Source: a virus
Lineage: Duplodnaviria > Caudoviricetes
IMG/VR virus record: IMGVR_UViG_3300042275_000095
Coordinates: 27,110-91,109 of that record
Length of the DNA: 64,000 bases
Reading direction: 5' to 3' (one strand)
The notes under the pieces are model-generated. The model was given only the letters and a program-made list of their open reading frames with translations, was not told where the DNA came from and did not search any database. Positions 1-10,533 of the stretch are shown here, one piece after another; the stretch's first letter is position 1; each line of letters begins with the position of its first letter. A program made the translations under genes and the position numbers.

Positions 1-207
1 TCCTTTTTTATATTTATGTAATCTAAATTCAGAAATGTTTATATAACCAGTTGGAATATATACTTCATATACTCGCATTAATAACAACTTAAATGTATCA
101 TTTAAAGTATAACTATCAATTATTTCATTTTCCATGCCCATATCAACAGGTCTAGGATAGTTATATAATTTAGAATTACTTAAATATATTGATACCGGAG
201 CTTTCAT
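1..207 (-). CDS. hypothetical protein (runs off window start)
   Basis: ATG at 207, 2 nt after the stop of the upstream ORF. Frame MKAPVSIYLSNSKLYNYPRP... is open to position 1. Confidence 0.7.
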   Translation of the reverse strand, partial: MKAPVSIYLSNSKLYNYPRPVDMGMENEIIDSYTLNDTFKLLLMRVYEVYIPTGYINISEFRLHKYKKG

Positions 208-209
208 TT

Positions 210-761
210 TTAAAACTTAATATTAGCTAATTTAATACCATGAGTTTGATATTTAATAGGTGCATCTAAATCAACTACCGAGCCATGCATATCTTTTAGT
301 TTATGACCTAACTCTATTAAATTATCAGCTAATTCAATAGTATCTAAATTAACACTTATATTTGTACCTTCAGGTAAAGCCTTTTGAACTTCTGATAAAT
401 TATCTAAATCTTTAAATAACTTATCTATCTCTTGTTTAATATCTGTAATTGGATTTTCAAACTCTTTTTTGGTATATGTAACACCATGAGATATTTTCTT
501 ACCATCAATTGTTGACTTATTAAATTCTAAAGCTAAGTTATCAATTATTTCTTTTAATTGTTTATCCTCTTTAATTAATTCATTAACTTTGTTTAATTTA
601 TAGGTGGCAATATAAAATCTAAGTAAACCTTCATCTGAAATGTTACCTTCATCTATACTTTCTTTAATCATTGCATAGATTTCTTTTTCATTTTTTAATC
701 TTACGGTATTAGATATTATACCACTGTCTAATTTACTAACTTTTTTACCTTCTGTTTTCAT
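210..761 (-). CDS. hypothetical protein
   Basis: 183-aa ORF in a tightly packed minus-strand operon. Confidence 0.8.
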   Translation of the reverse strand: MKTEGKKVSKLDSGIISNTVRLKNEKEIYAMIKESIDEGNISDEGLLRFYIATYKLNKVNELIKEDKQLKEIIDNLALEFNKSTIDGKKISHGVTYTKKEFENPITDIKQEIDKLFKDLDNLSEVQKALPEGTNISVNLDTIELADNLIELGHKLKDMHGSVVDLDAPIKYQTHGIKLANIKF

Positions 762-1062
762 TTGTATAATTATTATAATTAAATACGTAACTTACTCTAT
801 TGTCTCCTTCTATAAGTTCAATTAAATCTTCTAATGTTGCAATTGTTATTAAAAGTGCATGTTCTAAATCATAATTTCTAATTTTTATGATACGTTTATT
901 TCTAAATTTATCTTTAAATGTTAGAGTAACAGTATAGTTAATTCGTAATGAATTAAATTGTCTATTTATGTTAATGTTATATTTAAAACTTTGCACTTTA
1001 ATAACATATGAGTTAATTGTACCTATTAAATATTCCAACTTCATATCTTGTAAATCACTCAT
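745..1062 (-). CDS. hypothetical protein
   Basis: 105-aa ORF overlapping both neighbours. Confidence 0.7.
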   Translation of the reverse strand: MSDLQDMKLEYLIGTINSYVIKVQSFKYNININRQFNSLRINYTVTLTFKDKFRNKRIIKIRNYDLEHALLITIATLEDLIELIEGDNRVSYVFNYNNYTNENRR

Positions 1063-1504
1063 TTTTATGATAATAGGATTTATAAATGTTTAGTATGGTG
1101 TGCCCATCTTCATTACTTATTACATAATCATCGGGATTTAATCCTAGTTGAGATACTTCATTTCTCCATACATCACTAGGTATTTTACCGTTTAGTTCCA
1201 CCTTAAATGTTGCAATTGAATCAACATTATCTACATCAGAGTCTACTTCAAATATTTCAATTAATTCTTTAGTTAACTCTTCATTATTTATAGTGCTAGA
1301 TTGAATATGATCTAATAAAAACTCTAATAAACAGTGAGGACTACAAAAATGAAATTGATTACTTGAATCTAAACTTAAGGCTTTTATACCAGCTCTTTTA
1401 ATTTGTAATTCGCCTTTTGTAGTTTTAATTTCTATCCATCTATCATTTATTATATCACTAGATAATTTATCACATCTATCACATTTGTATACTTCACCTT
1501 TCAT
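1055..1504 (-). CDS. zinc-finger protein (TRASH/MYM-like)
   Basis: CDRC ... HFCSPHC metal-binding pattern. Confidence 0.55.
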   Translation of the reverse strand: MKGEVYKCDRCDKLSSDIINDRWIEIKTTKGELQIKRAGIKALSLDSSNQFHFCSPHCLLEFLLDHIQSSTINNEELTKELIEIFEVDSDVDNVDSIATFKVELNGKIPSDVWRNEVSQLGLNPDDYVISNEDGHTILNIYKSYYHKNE

Positions 1505-1899
1505 TATACATCCTCTACTGTTATTATTAATCCTTCAGGGTACATTAACTTTTCTAATATACAATTAAATGAACTATGTGCATCATAATGTATAGGTCTA
1601 TCTGTCCACTCTTTTATTGAACAACATGCATATGATCTAACTTTAACATTACTCATACTTTTAGAATCACGTACATATACATGTGGAATAAATGAACCTA
1701 ATTTACTTTTACTTTCTGTGCCATCAATTTCTCCCATTGCTTTAACAAATGGTTCTAACTCGTGGATACTTATAAAATCTAATTGGTCATCTATTGGAAC
1801 AGCTATAAACTTAGTTAATGTGTTAGAATCAGTATCTAGAATTGATAAAGTTTTAAAGTCATCTATTTTATAAGTCTTTATAATATATTTAGATCGCAT
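1504..1899 (-). CDS. hypothetical protein
   Basis: 131-aa ORF, stop/start overlap with the downstream gene. Confidence 0.7.
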   Translation of the reverse strand: MRSKYIIKTYKIDDFKTLSILDTDSNTLTKFIAVPIDDQLDFISIHELEPFVKAMGEIDGTESKSKLGSFIPHVYVRDSKSMSNVKVRSYACCSIKEWTDRPIHYDAHSSFNCILEKLMYPEGLIITVEDV

Positions 1900-2924
1900 A
1901 ATATATCGTATACATAATTAATAGCTACTTGTTTATTTGACTTATATGTATCAGATAAATCTTTCATTCCAGTATTAATAACTGTACTATTTAAACCATT
2001 TAATATAAAACGATCATTCATCATCACTCCAATATCATCGTTATCTACTATTATTAAATGATTATCATATTTAGATATCACATCTAACCAAAATTTATTA
2101 AATACTATAGTTTCAGATGATAGTGAATTAACTACAATCTTAGTATTAACTAATGTCGGTTCTACAGAACTTATATATGCTAGTATGTTATTAAATACAG
2201 CCCTACATTTAGTTGATTTAAGTAATATTAATATATCACCTCTTACTAATAAATCAGGTCTTTCAATAGGATGTGGAAAGTTAGTTATAAATCTTGGCAG
2301 TTTACTACTTTTATGTCTATCTATAAAATACAATTTAGAATAAAATAATGGATACAATATAATAACATAAGCTCTGTCCTTATTTGAATGTTCATATGAT
2401 GTTACTTTATCCTTATTATTTATTATTGCAGAATGTAAAGGATATATCCTTTCCCGTTTCATGCATGATTCAGTAATACCATAAGGTTCCCAATATAACG
2501 TATCATATTTACTATAAGGTCTTATATTATAATCTATATCTGTAGGTTCATTATTACTATTAGAGTATTCTATTTTATGTTTAACTATTTCATTTTTTAC
2601 TGCTAGATTTATTAACCATTTACATATTAATATAAACTCTTTAGGATTATTACAATTTAAATTAGTTACTAATCCTGCTATATCTATTATATCACCTCTA
2701 TATCTAATATCTGCAAAATCATGCATACGTAATTTACCATTCTTAACATAGAATGTAACAGATGGTCGTCTTTCATTACGCATTAAATTTAAGGTAGTTC
2801 TACTTTTAACAGACAAGCATTCATTTATTTCCTCTGGTGTTATACTTGTAACCTTAGAGAATAATTCAATTTGATCAAATTGTAATACAAAGTCTAATAA
2901 TCTATCTGTTGGTGATAATAGCAT
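1878..2924 (-). CDS. DNA primase (DnaG/TOPRIM type, crAss-like)
   Basis: Degenerate Zn-binding-domain signature RNERRPS...HDFA...GDIID, TOPRIM DxD (VDNDDIG) and C-terminal KDLSD. Confidence 0.8.
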   Translation of the reverse strand: MLLSPTDRLLDFVLQFDQIELFSKVTSITPEEINECLSVKSRTTLNLMRNERRPSVTFYVKNGKLRMHDFADIRYRGDIIDIAGLVTNLNCNNPKEFILICKWLINLAVKNEIVKHKIEYSNSNNEPTDIDYNIRPYSKYDTLYWEPYGITESCMKRERIYPLHSAIINNKDKVTSYEHSNKDRAYVIILYPLFYSKLYFIDRHKSSKLPRFITNFPHPIERPDLLVRGDILILLKSTKCRAVFNNILAYISSVEPTLVNTKIVVNSLSSETIVFNKFWLDVISKYDNHLIIVDNDDIGVMMNDRFILNGLNSTVINTGMKDLSDTYKSNKQVAINYVYDILCDLNIL

Positions 2925-2936
2925 TAATTAATAAAT

Positions 2937-2972
2937 ATAAAAATAAGGCAGTACTAATGTACTACCTTATTT
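2937..2972 (-). terminator. intrinsic terminator
   Basis: AAATAAGG/CCTTATTT plus AGTAC/GTACT stem, with a G-U pair only on the minus strand, followed by a U-rich run. Confidence 0.65.
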
Positions 2973-2989
2973 AATATTACACTTATAAA

Positions 2990-3823
2990 TTAAATATCCA
3001 TATCATTTAACAACTTTTCAGTGTCTTGGTTAGCACTTTCAAGTTCTTTAAGAATGGCATTTTTAGATTTCTTAGGTGATAGTTCGAATCTATCTCCAGG
3101 TCGCTTACTTACACGTTTAGGTGATTGCCATTTACCATCTTTCTGAATAGCTCTTTCAATAAAACCTTGACCTACATAAGTAGGAATAGTAAAATAATTA
3201 CCATATTTATATTCAGCAACTACTTTAAGTCTCATTACAAAGAATGAATTACCATCTTTATAAATAGGTTCACCTTTGTCACCTGAACGTGCACCATTGA
3301 AACTTCCTGCTACAAATTCAAAGAACTTTGTAAAAGCTTCAACTCTTTCCTCAGGACTCATATTATCATCTACACTTGGTAGATTAAAGTATTCATTTAC
3401 TTCTTTCTTTGTCATTTTAGCAAATGATACATAATTAGGAGAGAAGGCATAGGCATCATGAATGTGCTTAATTCTAGCATACATTGCTTGAGTTAAGTCA
3501 TCAACTGTTTTACTGTCAATGTTAGTATATTCAGTTTCACTGCCTTCCATAAGTTTCTTTGAATGTACACATTTCTCACGTAAAAGCAAATAACGATCTT
3601 CTTCGTCAGTTTTAAGTTTATGATTAATAAACTCAATTTGTAACTCAGGAACTTCTAATCCTTTATACTCACCTTTCTCGTGAACTGTTTTAACTACTTC
3701 AACTCTTACTAACTTAACAAATGGAATGCCATCGTGAATTTCAGCTTTTGTTTGTTTGTCGATTAATGGTTCAATAGGCAACCTACTTTCGACGTTCAAC
3801 GTGTTGTCTAATTTAATAGCCAT
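2990..3823 (-). CDS. conserved crAss-like replication protein, possible ssDNA-binding protein
   Basis: 277 aa, adjacent to primase, followed by its own terminator, acidic C-terminus. Confidence 0.45.
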   Translation of the reverse strand: MAIKLDNTLNVESRLPIEPLIDKQTKAEIHDGIPFVKLVRVEVVKTVHEKGEYKGLEVPELQIEFINHKLKTDEEDRYLLLREKCVHSKKLMEGSETEYTNIDSKTVDDLTQAMYARIKHIHDAYAFSPNYVSFAKMTKKEVNEYFNLPSVDDNMSPEERVEAFTKFFEFVAGSFNGARSGDKGEPIYKDGNSFFVMRLKVVAEYKYGNYFTIPTYVGQGFIERAIQKDGKWQSPKRVSKRPGDRFELSPKKSKNAILKELESANQDTEKLLNDMDI

Positions 3824-3857
3824 AAGTATTATGTTTTAATTAATTAATAAAAAGGTT

Positions 3858-3888
3858 AAAAAAGCCCTATTTATTACCATAGGGCTTT
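3858..3888 (-). terminator. intrinsic terminator
   Basis: GCCCTAT/ATAGGGC stem followed by T6 on the minus strand. Confidence 0.8.
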
Positions 3889-3930
3889 CAATTAAAAAAG
3901 AAACTTTAAGTATTAGCAATAATACATTAA

Positions 3931-4542
3931 TTAATCTTCATCTTCATCTTCTGAATCAGTAGGACGTTCACGTTCTGTACGATTAACCAATGCATAGAGT
4001 TTAACAGTGATAAGTTCACCTTCTGCATTCTTATCTACCGGTACTTCATCAATGAGTTCTCCATTAGCATCTCTGATTTCTTCTACATCGTAAGTGACAA
4101 TCTTATCTGCTTTAACACTGCGTTCATTATCAGGATCAATAGTCAATAGACCAAGTTTTGCCATTTCTTCTACTGGCTTACTTACTGGATCAAAATCAAG
4201 GTCAGGATAAATACCACGAGCCCAAATTCCTGAATAACTGAATTGGTTACTATCACCAATGGTAGTTCCTTTTACTTTACCATCTTTGATATAACCTTTA
4301 GATGTTGCAAAACGGAATCCATTTTTCTCACCTGCTTCAACTCCAAAGTCATAAAGAATAATAGTATCATCTTTATCTTTGTCAATTCCCATAAGATTAA
4401 TAGCACCGCTACTAATACTCATTTTATTTCTCATTGAAGAGAATGTAATTCTTGGTTCACCTGAACGATTAACAACAGTTTTCTGTCTTGCTGCACTTTG
4501 AGCACTTTCAGCTAGTGCATTAAAATCAACATTAAAATCCAT
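3931..4542 (-). CDS. putative single-stranded DNA-binding protein
   Basis: Beta-rich, acidic tail PTDSEDEDED, lies directly downstream of the RecT-like gene. Confidence 0.5.
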   Translation of the reverse strand: MDFNVDFNALAESAQSAARQKTVVNRSGEPRITFSSMRNKMSISSGAINLMGIDKDKDDTIILYDFGVEAGEKNGFRFATSKGYIKDGKVKGTTIGDSNQFSYSGIWARGIYPDLDFDPVSKPVEEMAKLGLLTIDPDNERSVKADKIVTYDVEEIRDANGELIDEVPVDKNAEGELITVKLYALVNRTERERPTDSEDEDED

Positions 4543-4620
4543 AATAAGATTTGTTTAAAATTAATAAAATAAATAAATTAGTTAAATACTTAAATGTAAT
4601 TGGAGTGATTACTTATATGT

Positions 4621-5634
4621 TTAATTTATAACTTCAATAGGATTGCCATTCTCATCTAACAGTACAGTAGTACCTTCAACTTGGTCTAATTCTGCTGGTG
4701 CATACATACCAAATAATATATCAGGTGCGATAGCTCTAGCTCCATTCATGAATGCACGATGGTCAATCATTATATTAGGATACTTATTATAATTACCAGA
4801 TGGTTTTATTAACTCAGCAGCTTCAGCGTCTTTTAATGAAAATCTACTATGTATAACATCTTCATGGTTTTTACCATTTACTATACGAGTACGTCTAAAC
4901 TCATATTCAGTAACTCTAGTTATAATAACAGGTTTACCCTCCTTTAATATAGGAATTAAACCTATAATACCATTACTATTATCGTGGTTCTTTAATTCAT
5001 TAGTTGTATTATATATAACATGTTTTTCAGGTAAAGGTTCATTGTATTTGAATATAACCTTTTCGTCATTTATTAATGCTAAATAGTTATAAGCAGGTTC
5101 AAAATCTTTTATTAATTTCCATGTTACATTAGAACGAGTGATTAACATAGCTTTAGCTAAGTGTACACTAATACTAATTTTAGTGCCACCTTTAGTTGGT
5201 ATCATATAGATATTTTCTAATGCTGTAGTCCAACCTACATTAATCTCTCTTGACTTTTGATATAGTAATAATGCATCACCTTCTCTTGTAATAGAATTGG
5301 TTGATGATTTTACCATAAACGTTAAATACTCTAAAGGACTAGCAAATCCTAAATCATTAGATATTGCTACCACATCTGTCATATGTCCAATAGGTGTTAA
5401 TGATTTAGGAGCTTTAATAAGTTTATTTCCTATTAAAGTGTTATGGTTAGATGTATTAATATCAGTGTTATTGATATTTGCATCTTCAAGTTTATCAAGT
5501 TTAATATCATTAACAACTTCATCATTGTCATTAGATATGTCTACATCCGTTTTCTTATCTTCTACTTTAGTAGGTTCGATAGATTTTTCAGAACTTGGGT
5601 TTTTTGATGTAGTGTTTACCTTATCTTTTTCCAT
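4621..5634 (-). CDS. RecT/Bet-like ssDNA annealing protein
   Basis: C-terminal motif FSLKDAEAAEL...YNKYPNIMIDHRAFMNGARAIAPDILFGMYAPAEL typical of phage RecT-like proteins. Confidence 0.7.
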   Translation of the reverse strand: MEKDKVNTTSKNPSSEKSIEPTKVEDKKTDVDISNDNDEVVNDIKLDKLEDANINNTDINTSNHNTLIGNKLIKAPKSLTPIGHMTDVVAISNDLGFASPLEYLTFMVKSSTNSITREGDALLLYQKSREINVGWTTALENIYMIPTKGGTKISISVHLAKAMLITRSNVTWKLIKDFEPAYNYLALINDEKVIFKYNEPLPEKHVIYNTTNELKNHDNSNGIIGLIPILKEGKPVIITRVTEYEFRRTRIVNGKNHEDVIHSRFSLKDAEAAELIKPSGNYNKYPNIMIDHRAFMNGARAIAPDILFGMYAPAELDQVEGTTVLLDENGNPIEVIN

Positions 5635-5638
5635 ATTG

Positions 5639-5670
5639 TAAAAGTATTATAAAAAATTGACACTTGCAAA
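5639..5670 (-). promoter_or_regulatory. Bacteroidota sigma-A-type promoter (-33/-7)
   Basis: Minus strand TTTG-N20-TACTTTTA, ending 5 nt before the ATG at 5634. Confidence 0.6.
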
Positions 5671-5712
5671 TTTTAAGTTAAGAAATTTACATTTATTTCA
5701 CTTTTATTTACC

Positions 5713-7116
5713 TTAATCAATGACATCTGAGTTTACCAAATATGCTCGTTTACAATCCACATCTGAAAGCATTTTTATAAGATTTGAGAGAGGTTTAGGT
5801 AATATGACTTCATCATCAGCGGTCTTTATAAACGTTGGCAAAAGCCACAAATACCCTGTCAAACCTGTTAATCCAGCTTCTATTTCACTCCCATCTAAAA
5901 GTAAATCTAAATCATGCGATTGTTCAAATTTACCTATTAGCTGAGGTTCAACTATTGTCATCAATACTTTGTTTATATTAGGTGGCACATTGATTGTTTT
6001 AATAGTTTTACCACCTATATATAATTTACACTGATTATTAATGGATGCATCGTGTATAGCTCGTAATAATCTTACAGTTCCTAATTTCTTAGGATTGCCT
6101 TTTTTATCAGTTATTACATTATTTGTATTGTAATTAAACATTAATCTACTAGTTAATGTATTACCTACAGCTAATGTCATAGGATATCCATCAAACCATT
6201 CACTATTTAATTGATTACTTATAAATTCTGCTAACTTTGTAGTATCAACTAAACATAATGTTTGTTCATCGTTATTATGATTAGCGAATTTACTAATTTT
6301 AGTAAATAGTGAATTATTTGCATTTAACATATCATTACGATACTTTATATATGATTGTAATCTAATAGCTATATCATGTAATCTATCAGGATGAAAGTTA
6401 TCAAGTATCATTTTATTATTAATAGTGTTAGGTTGTAATTTAGGATGCCATCCTTCTTCAGTAGCTATCAATCCACAAATGTTATTATATGAAAATCGTT
6501 TACCATTGTATTCCATTCCATATATACAATATCTCATTATATCATAAGGACTTATAGGTAAATCAGTATTTCCTTCAAAGTGACGAGCTAGACTTTTAAA
6601 TAATCTATACTTTTCAATAATAAAATTATTGTATTGTACAAATCTATGTATTTCATCATTTGATAACTTATATAGTTCAACTTCAAATGTTAATTCTTCA
6701 TTGTGAAATTCAGCATTTATATTTTCTAGTTTACGAGTGTTATCTATTATTAAATAACGATCAAAAATAATGTGTGCTAATTTACCAGATGTTAATACAT
6801 CGTACATATAACCTGTACAATCAACAATTCCAAAATCATATCTAACATTACTTAACTTAACTGCTTCTTTTATAGTATAAATTTTAACTATATAATCAGG
6901 ATAAGCATTAAAATATTCTAAATAAATATATTTATAATAATCATTTTCTACTATTATTAATATACTATTTGTTTTTGATTTAACAAATGTTAGAAATTCA
7001 GATACTAACTTTAATGGATTATAAGATTTATAAGTTCTTAACACCATCTTTCTATTAAATTTCATAGCCCATAATTTGACTATATCATTTGGTATAGTTT
7101 CATTACTAAGTATCAT
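5713..7116 (-). CDS. degenerate SF2/SNF2-like helicase homolog
   Basis: Position between PolB and RecT-like gene. Strand/helix patterns (SILIIVE, YDFGIVD, EQTLCLVDTTKLAEFI) resemble RecA-like domains, but there is no intact Walker A or DExx. Confidence 0.4.
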   Translation of the reverse strand: MILSNETIPNDIVKLWAMKFNRKMVLRTYKSYNPLKLVSEFLTFVKSKTNSILIIVENDYYKYIYLEYFNAYPDYIVKIYTIKEAVKLSNVRYDFGIVDCTGYMYDVLTSGKLAHIIFDRYLIIDNTRKLENINAEFHNEELTFEVELYKLSNDEIHRFVQYNNFIIEKYRLFKSLARHFEGNTDLPISPYDIMRYCIYGMEYNGKRFSYNNICGLIATEEGWHPKLQPNTINNKMILDNFHPDRLHDIAIRLQSYIKYRNDMLNANNSLFTKISKFANHNNDEQTLCLVDTTKLAEFISNQLNSEWFDGYPMTLAVGNTLTSRLMFNYNTNNVITDKKGNPKKLGTVRLLRAIHDASINNQCKLYIGGKTIKTINVPPNINKVLMTIVEPQLIGKFEQSHDLDLLLDGSEIEAGLTGLTGYLWLLPTFIKTADDEVILPKPLSNLIKMLSDVDCKRAYLVNSDVID

Positions 7117-7496
7117 ATTGTATTTTTTAAATTTAATCCATTTAATGCATTGGATGCTATATCAATATTAGGTTTAAACTTTTCTTTAGTAGCTTTAACT
7201 GACCGTTTACCTTTATTTGAACGATCATTGATTTTAGCTTTGTTCGCTTCCCACATTTTATATTCATCCTCTTTAGCTGGCATTAATTCTAACCCTGTTG
7301 CAAATGTTTTAGCTCTACCATCAGTCACTTCACATATTTGATAATATAGCCCATTTCTATCAACAATTTCAACATTTGAAACTGTAAGTTCAGCAGTAGT
7401 ATCTACTTTTGTAATTTGTAAACTCATACTACTAGGTGTAATGTATTTAACTTTATCACCTTTTTGATATTTAACAATTCCTATAAATTTACTCAT
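7113..7496 (-). CDS. hypothetical protein
   Basis: Likely start at ATG 7496 (MSKFIG...), overlapping the PolB stop. Confidence 0.7.
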   Translation of the reverse strand: MSKFIGIVKYQKGDKVKYITPSSMSLQITKVDTTAELTVSNVEIVDRNGLYYQICEVTDGRAKTFATGLELMPAKEDEYKMWEANKAKINDRSNKGKRSVKATKEKFKPNIDIASNALNGLNLKNTI

Positions 7497-9726
7497 AGCC
7501 TTCAAATAAGTTACCACTGATACCGCTTTTACTTTTAGTACCAGTTATTAGTTTATAATCTAAATGTAATGCTTTATCTAATATTTTATGTGATTCTTTA
7601 ATATAGTAATTACGATGTAAATCATTAAGACTATGATTATATCGTATATCATTAACTATATTCACAAACTGTCCTTTTTTTAAATTGAAGTTTCTAATTT
7701 GACCTCTTAACTTATACTTATCATGCGTAGGATGGTAACGTTTAATTAATACCTTACCCTGTGTACTAACATAATATCTATCAGTTTTTTGTAACTTGTT
7801 TTCTTCTACTTTACCTGTACTTGGATTAACATGTAAGGTAAACAGTTCCATAACATTGCCAACCTTTTGCGAATATACAAAATTAAATGGATTGTTATTA
7901 CTATTTACAGTATCACTAATAGATATACCATTTAAAAACCAATTTTCAAGTGCTATAGGTACTATTGGCGCACTGTAACCTTTATCTAATTTAATTTCAC
8001 TTTCAAAATCACCTTTTCTTTTAATCTCTCCGTTATCTTTAATTGCAATATAATGATTAACAGATGTTGCTAAATATCTAGAATAGTTTGTAAATTCAAG
8101 ATCGAAATTGAATAGTTTCTCCCACTCATGACACACTTGCAAATATGCATCTCTTTTCCCCTTGGGGACTTTACAGATTATACCATCAGTATTAGCACTT
8201 ACTGTTTGAATACCTTTCAAATATAACATTTCAATTAACTTAAACAACATTAATTGACCATTAATAGTTGTTTTATACATTGCACGTAAATCATATAACC
8301 AACCATGTTGATAGCCTAACTTACCATATATATTATTAATTGAGATTTTTAATCCTTCATTGATGAATTTATATTTTAATCTAATTTCCTTATCTAATGT
8401 CTTATCTTTTTGTAATTTCTTAGCCTCAACCCTATCATTTAACATTACTTCCAAAGCTGCTAGAAATACATTAGGGTCTAAGTGTCTAGGACATACAAAT
8501 GAATTTAACATTATGTTAGGATAATACGATACAACATCAGCATCGGTATAATCATATTCATCAGTACTTTTTAAATACATAGGTCTATCTACACTATGTA
8601 AACCACCTAATGCCATTTTATATTTAGTACCATTAAATATAATTTCCTTTTTAAATTTAACATGTTTAGGATGACCTTTAGAATATGCAGTTGTTCTAAT
8701 TAATTCATTATATAAAGTTTTAAATGTATCAGTTTCAAATGTTATATTATCTGATATTATATCTACAAAAGGCACTGCTCTTCTAACAGTTCTAAGTTTA
8801 TTAAATCGCCATACAGGTTTACCTGATATTTCAGAATACTTACTTTCTAATATCTTATCGCCTGTAGCACTTCTTGATAACGAATGAACGTTCACACCAA
8901 AAGTTTTAGATATTCCAGCTCGCATTTTAAATTCATTTCTACTTTTCTTAAAACCCATAATTGTAATTAATACATCATTTATGTTATAAGTTAAAGTATT
9001 GAATATACGACCTTCTTCTAAACCTTTTGGTGTATCTAGTCTCATACCTGGAGTATATGGTAAGTCTTGTATCCTATACCACATTAATGAAACTGCAACC
9101 TTTTTCAAACTAATACCTAATTCATTTAATCTATTCAACTTCATTATATCTAATTGAATACCTCTAAAGGTTAAAGCTTTTTTCTCATCCCAAGTTAATA
9201 TATCATTTACTATTTTATTACTTAATTCAAATAGTGCATCATTTAATGATTTATAAATATATTTATCATTACTAGGTTGTAATATATTTAACTTAGGTAT
9301 GTACCCAGTATTAGCTACTTCATCATTGGTTCTCATTAATAATCCTAACATAGGGTCATCATAACCTATGTTATTAAAACCTATTCTATAAATAGCTCGT
9401 GTTTTTATAAACTCTTTTAAATTTACACAACCATCACCTTTACGTATTGTAAATATAACAATATTCATATTACGCATTGTTTTAATTAATGCATTAACAT
9501 TATTTGTCATATCCGCTTTACAATACTTCTTAATTAATTGTTTAGATGTATCAGCAGGAATAAATGTAACAGAGAAGAAATCTTTATAATCCTCTATATC
9601 ATAAGCCCATTTATTTATATCAGGAAACTTATTAGGATTAGGATTTACAAATTCTTGTAAATATAAATATGGATTATCTTCAGTTGCAGTATAACCAATA
9701 GAAGATAAATATTTATAATCAATCAT
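7489..9726 (-). CDS. polB: DNA polymerase family B
   Basis: ExoI YDIE, ExoII GFNNIGYDD, ExoIII YNINDV, motif A DVVSYYPN, motif B KISINNIYG, motif C NTDG. Confidence 0.95.
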   Translation of the reverse strand: MIDYKYLSSIGYTATEDNPYLYLQEFVNPNPNKFPDINKWAYDIEDYKDFFSVTFIPADTSKQLIKKYCKADMTNNVNALIKTMRNMNIVIFTIRKGDGCVNLKEFIKTRAIYRIGFNNIGYDDPMLGLLMRTNDEVANTGYIPKLNILQPSNDKYIYKSLNDALFELSNKIVNDILTWDEKKALTFRGIQLDIMKLNRLNELGISLKKVAVSLMWYRIQDLPYTPGMRLDTPKGLEEGRIFNTLTYNINDVLITIMGFKKSRNEFKMRAGISKTFGVNVHSLSRSATGDKILESKYSEISGKPVWRFNKLRTVRRAVPFVDIISDNITFETDTFKTLYNELIRTTAYSKGHPKHVKFKKEIIFNGTKYKMALGGLHSVDRPMYLKSTDEYDYTDADVVSYYPNIMLNSFVCPRHLDPNVFLAALEVMLNDRVEAKKLQKDKTLDKEIRLKYKFINEGLKISINNIYGKLGYQHGWLYDLRAMYKTTINGQLMLFKLIEMLYLKGIQTVSANTDGIICKVPKGKRDAYLQVCHEWEKLFNFDLEFTNYSRYLATSVNHYIAIKDNGEIKRKGDFESEIKLDKGYSAPIVPIALENWFLNGISISDTVNSNNNPFNFVYSQKVGNVMELFTLHVNPSTGKVEENKLQKTDRYYVSTQGKVLIKRYHPTHDKYKLRGQIRNFNLKKGQFVNIVNDIRYNHSLNDLHRNYYIKESHKILDKALHLDYKLITGTKSKSGISGNLFEGYE

Positions 9727-9914
9727 TACAGTTTCTTTATAAATATTAATAATTTATCTATATTCGCTTTGTTTATTGTATGTTCCTCACTAACTTTCTT
9801 TTTACCTGCATATACTGCCATTTTACCACTGTCTTTTCCATGATTAAGAATAGCTCTTATTCTATAACCATTATATTCAGCTATTACATAACCTAATTTA
9901 GTCCTCTTGTTCAT
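9726..9914 (-). CDS. small hypothetical protein
   Basis: 62 aa, TAATG coupling to PolB. Confidence 0.7.
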   Translation of the reverse strand: MNKRTKLGYVIAEYNGYRIRAILNHGKDSGKMAVYAGKKKVSEEHTINKANIDKLLIFIKKL

Positions 9915-10533
9915 GTTGATATATTATTTTAATAGTTATTAATTTATCATTTTTTAGTTCACAATACTTTTCTAACGTGTACAATTTAAATTCATTGTTT
10001 TCTTCCACAGGAATGTATATTTGTACAACATTAAAAGTATTAACAATAAATCCTAAATCTACATGATTAGTAGATTCGTTTGAATTTTGTGTATAAATAA
10101 CAAATGGTAACAGTTCATTACCACTTAATAGTAATGTTTTACATATTGATTCAATACCTTTAGTTATTAAATCAATATTAGTAAAATTATTAACATTTGT
10201 ATATTTATTTGTAAAATCTATGAAATTAAATACATTTATAAATGATATATTAAATGCGTTTGAAAACTGAGATTCTAAATGATACATTGTATCAAATGCA
10301 TTAAGAATGTACTCTTCAAATGATACAATGCTACTAAATTTATTTAATATATCAAATTTAAATACATAACCTAACTTAAAAATTAAATCATGTCTACATG
10401 TTAATTTATCATGATTTTTTATTAAATATTTAAGATTACTATAAGAATCAAATAACTTTTTTATAGTATCGTATGTTATATTTAATTTATTAGCATCATA
10501 ATTACTAATAGTTATATATTTTATTTGTCCCAT
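9898..10533 (-). CDS. hypothetical protein
   Basis: 211-aa ORF in operon. Confidence 0.7.
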   Translation of the reverse strand: MGQIKYITISNYDANKLNITYDTIKKLFDSYSNLKYLIKNHDKLTCRHDLIFKLGYVFKFDILNKFSSIVSFEEYILNAFDTMYHLESQFSNAFNISFINVFNFIDFTNKYTNVNNFTNIDLITKGIESICKTLLLSGNELLPFVIYTQNSNESTNHVDLGFIVNTFNVVQIYIPVEENNEFKLYTLEKYCELKNDKLITIKIIYQHEQED

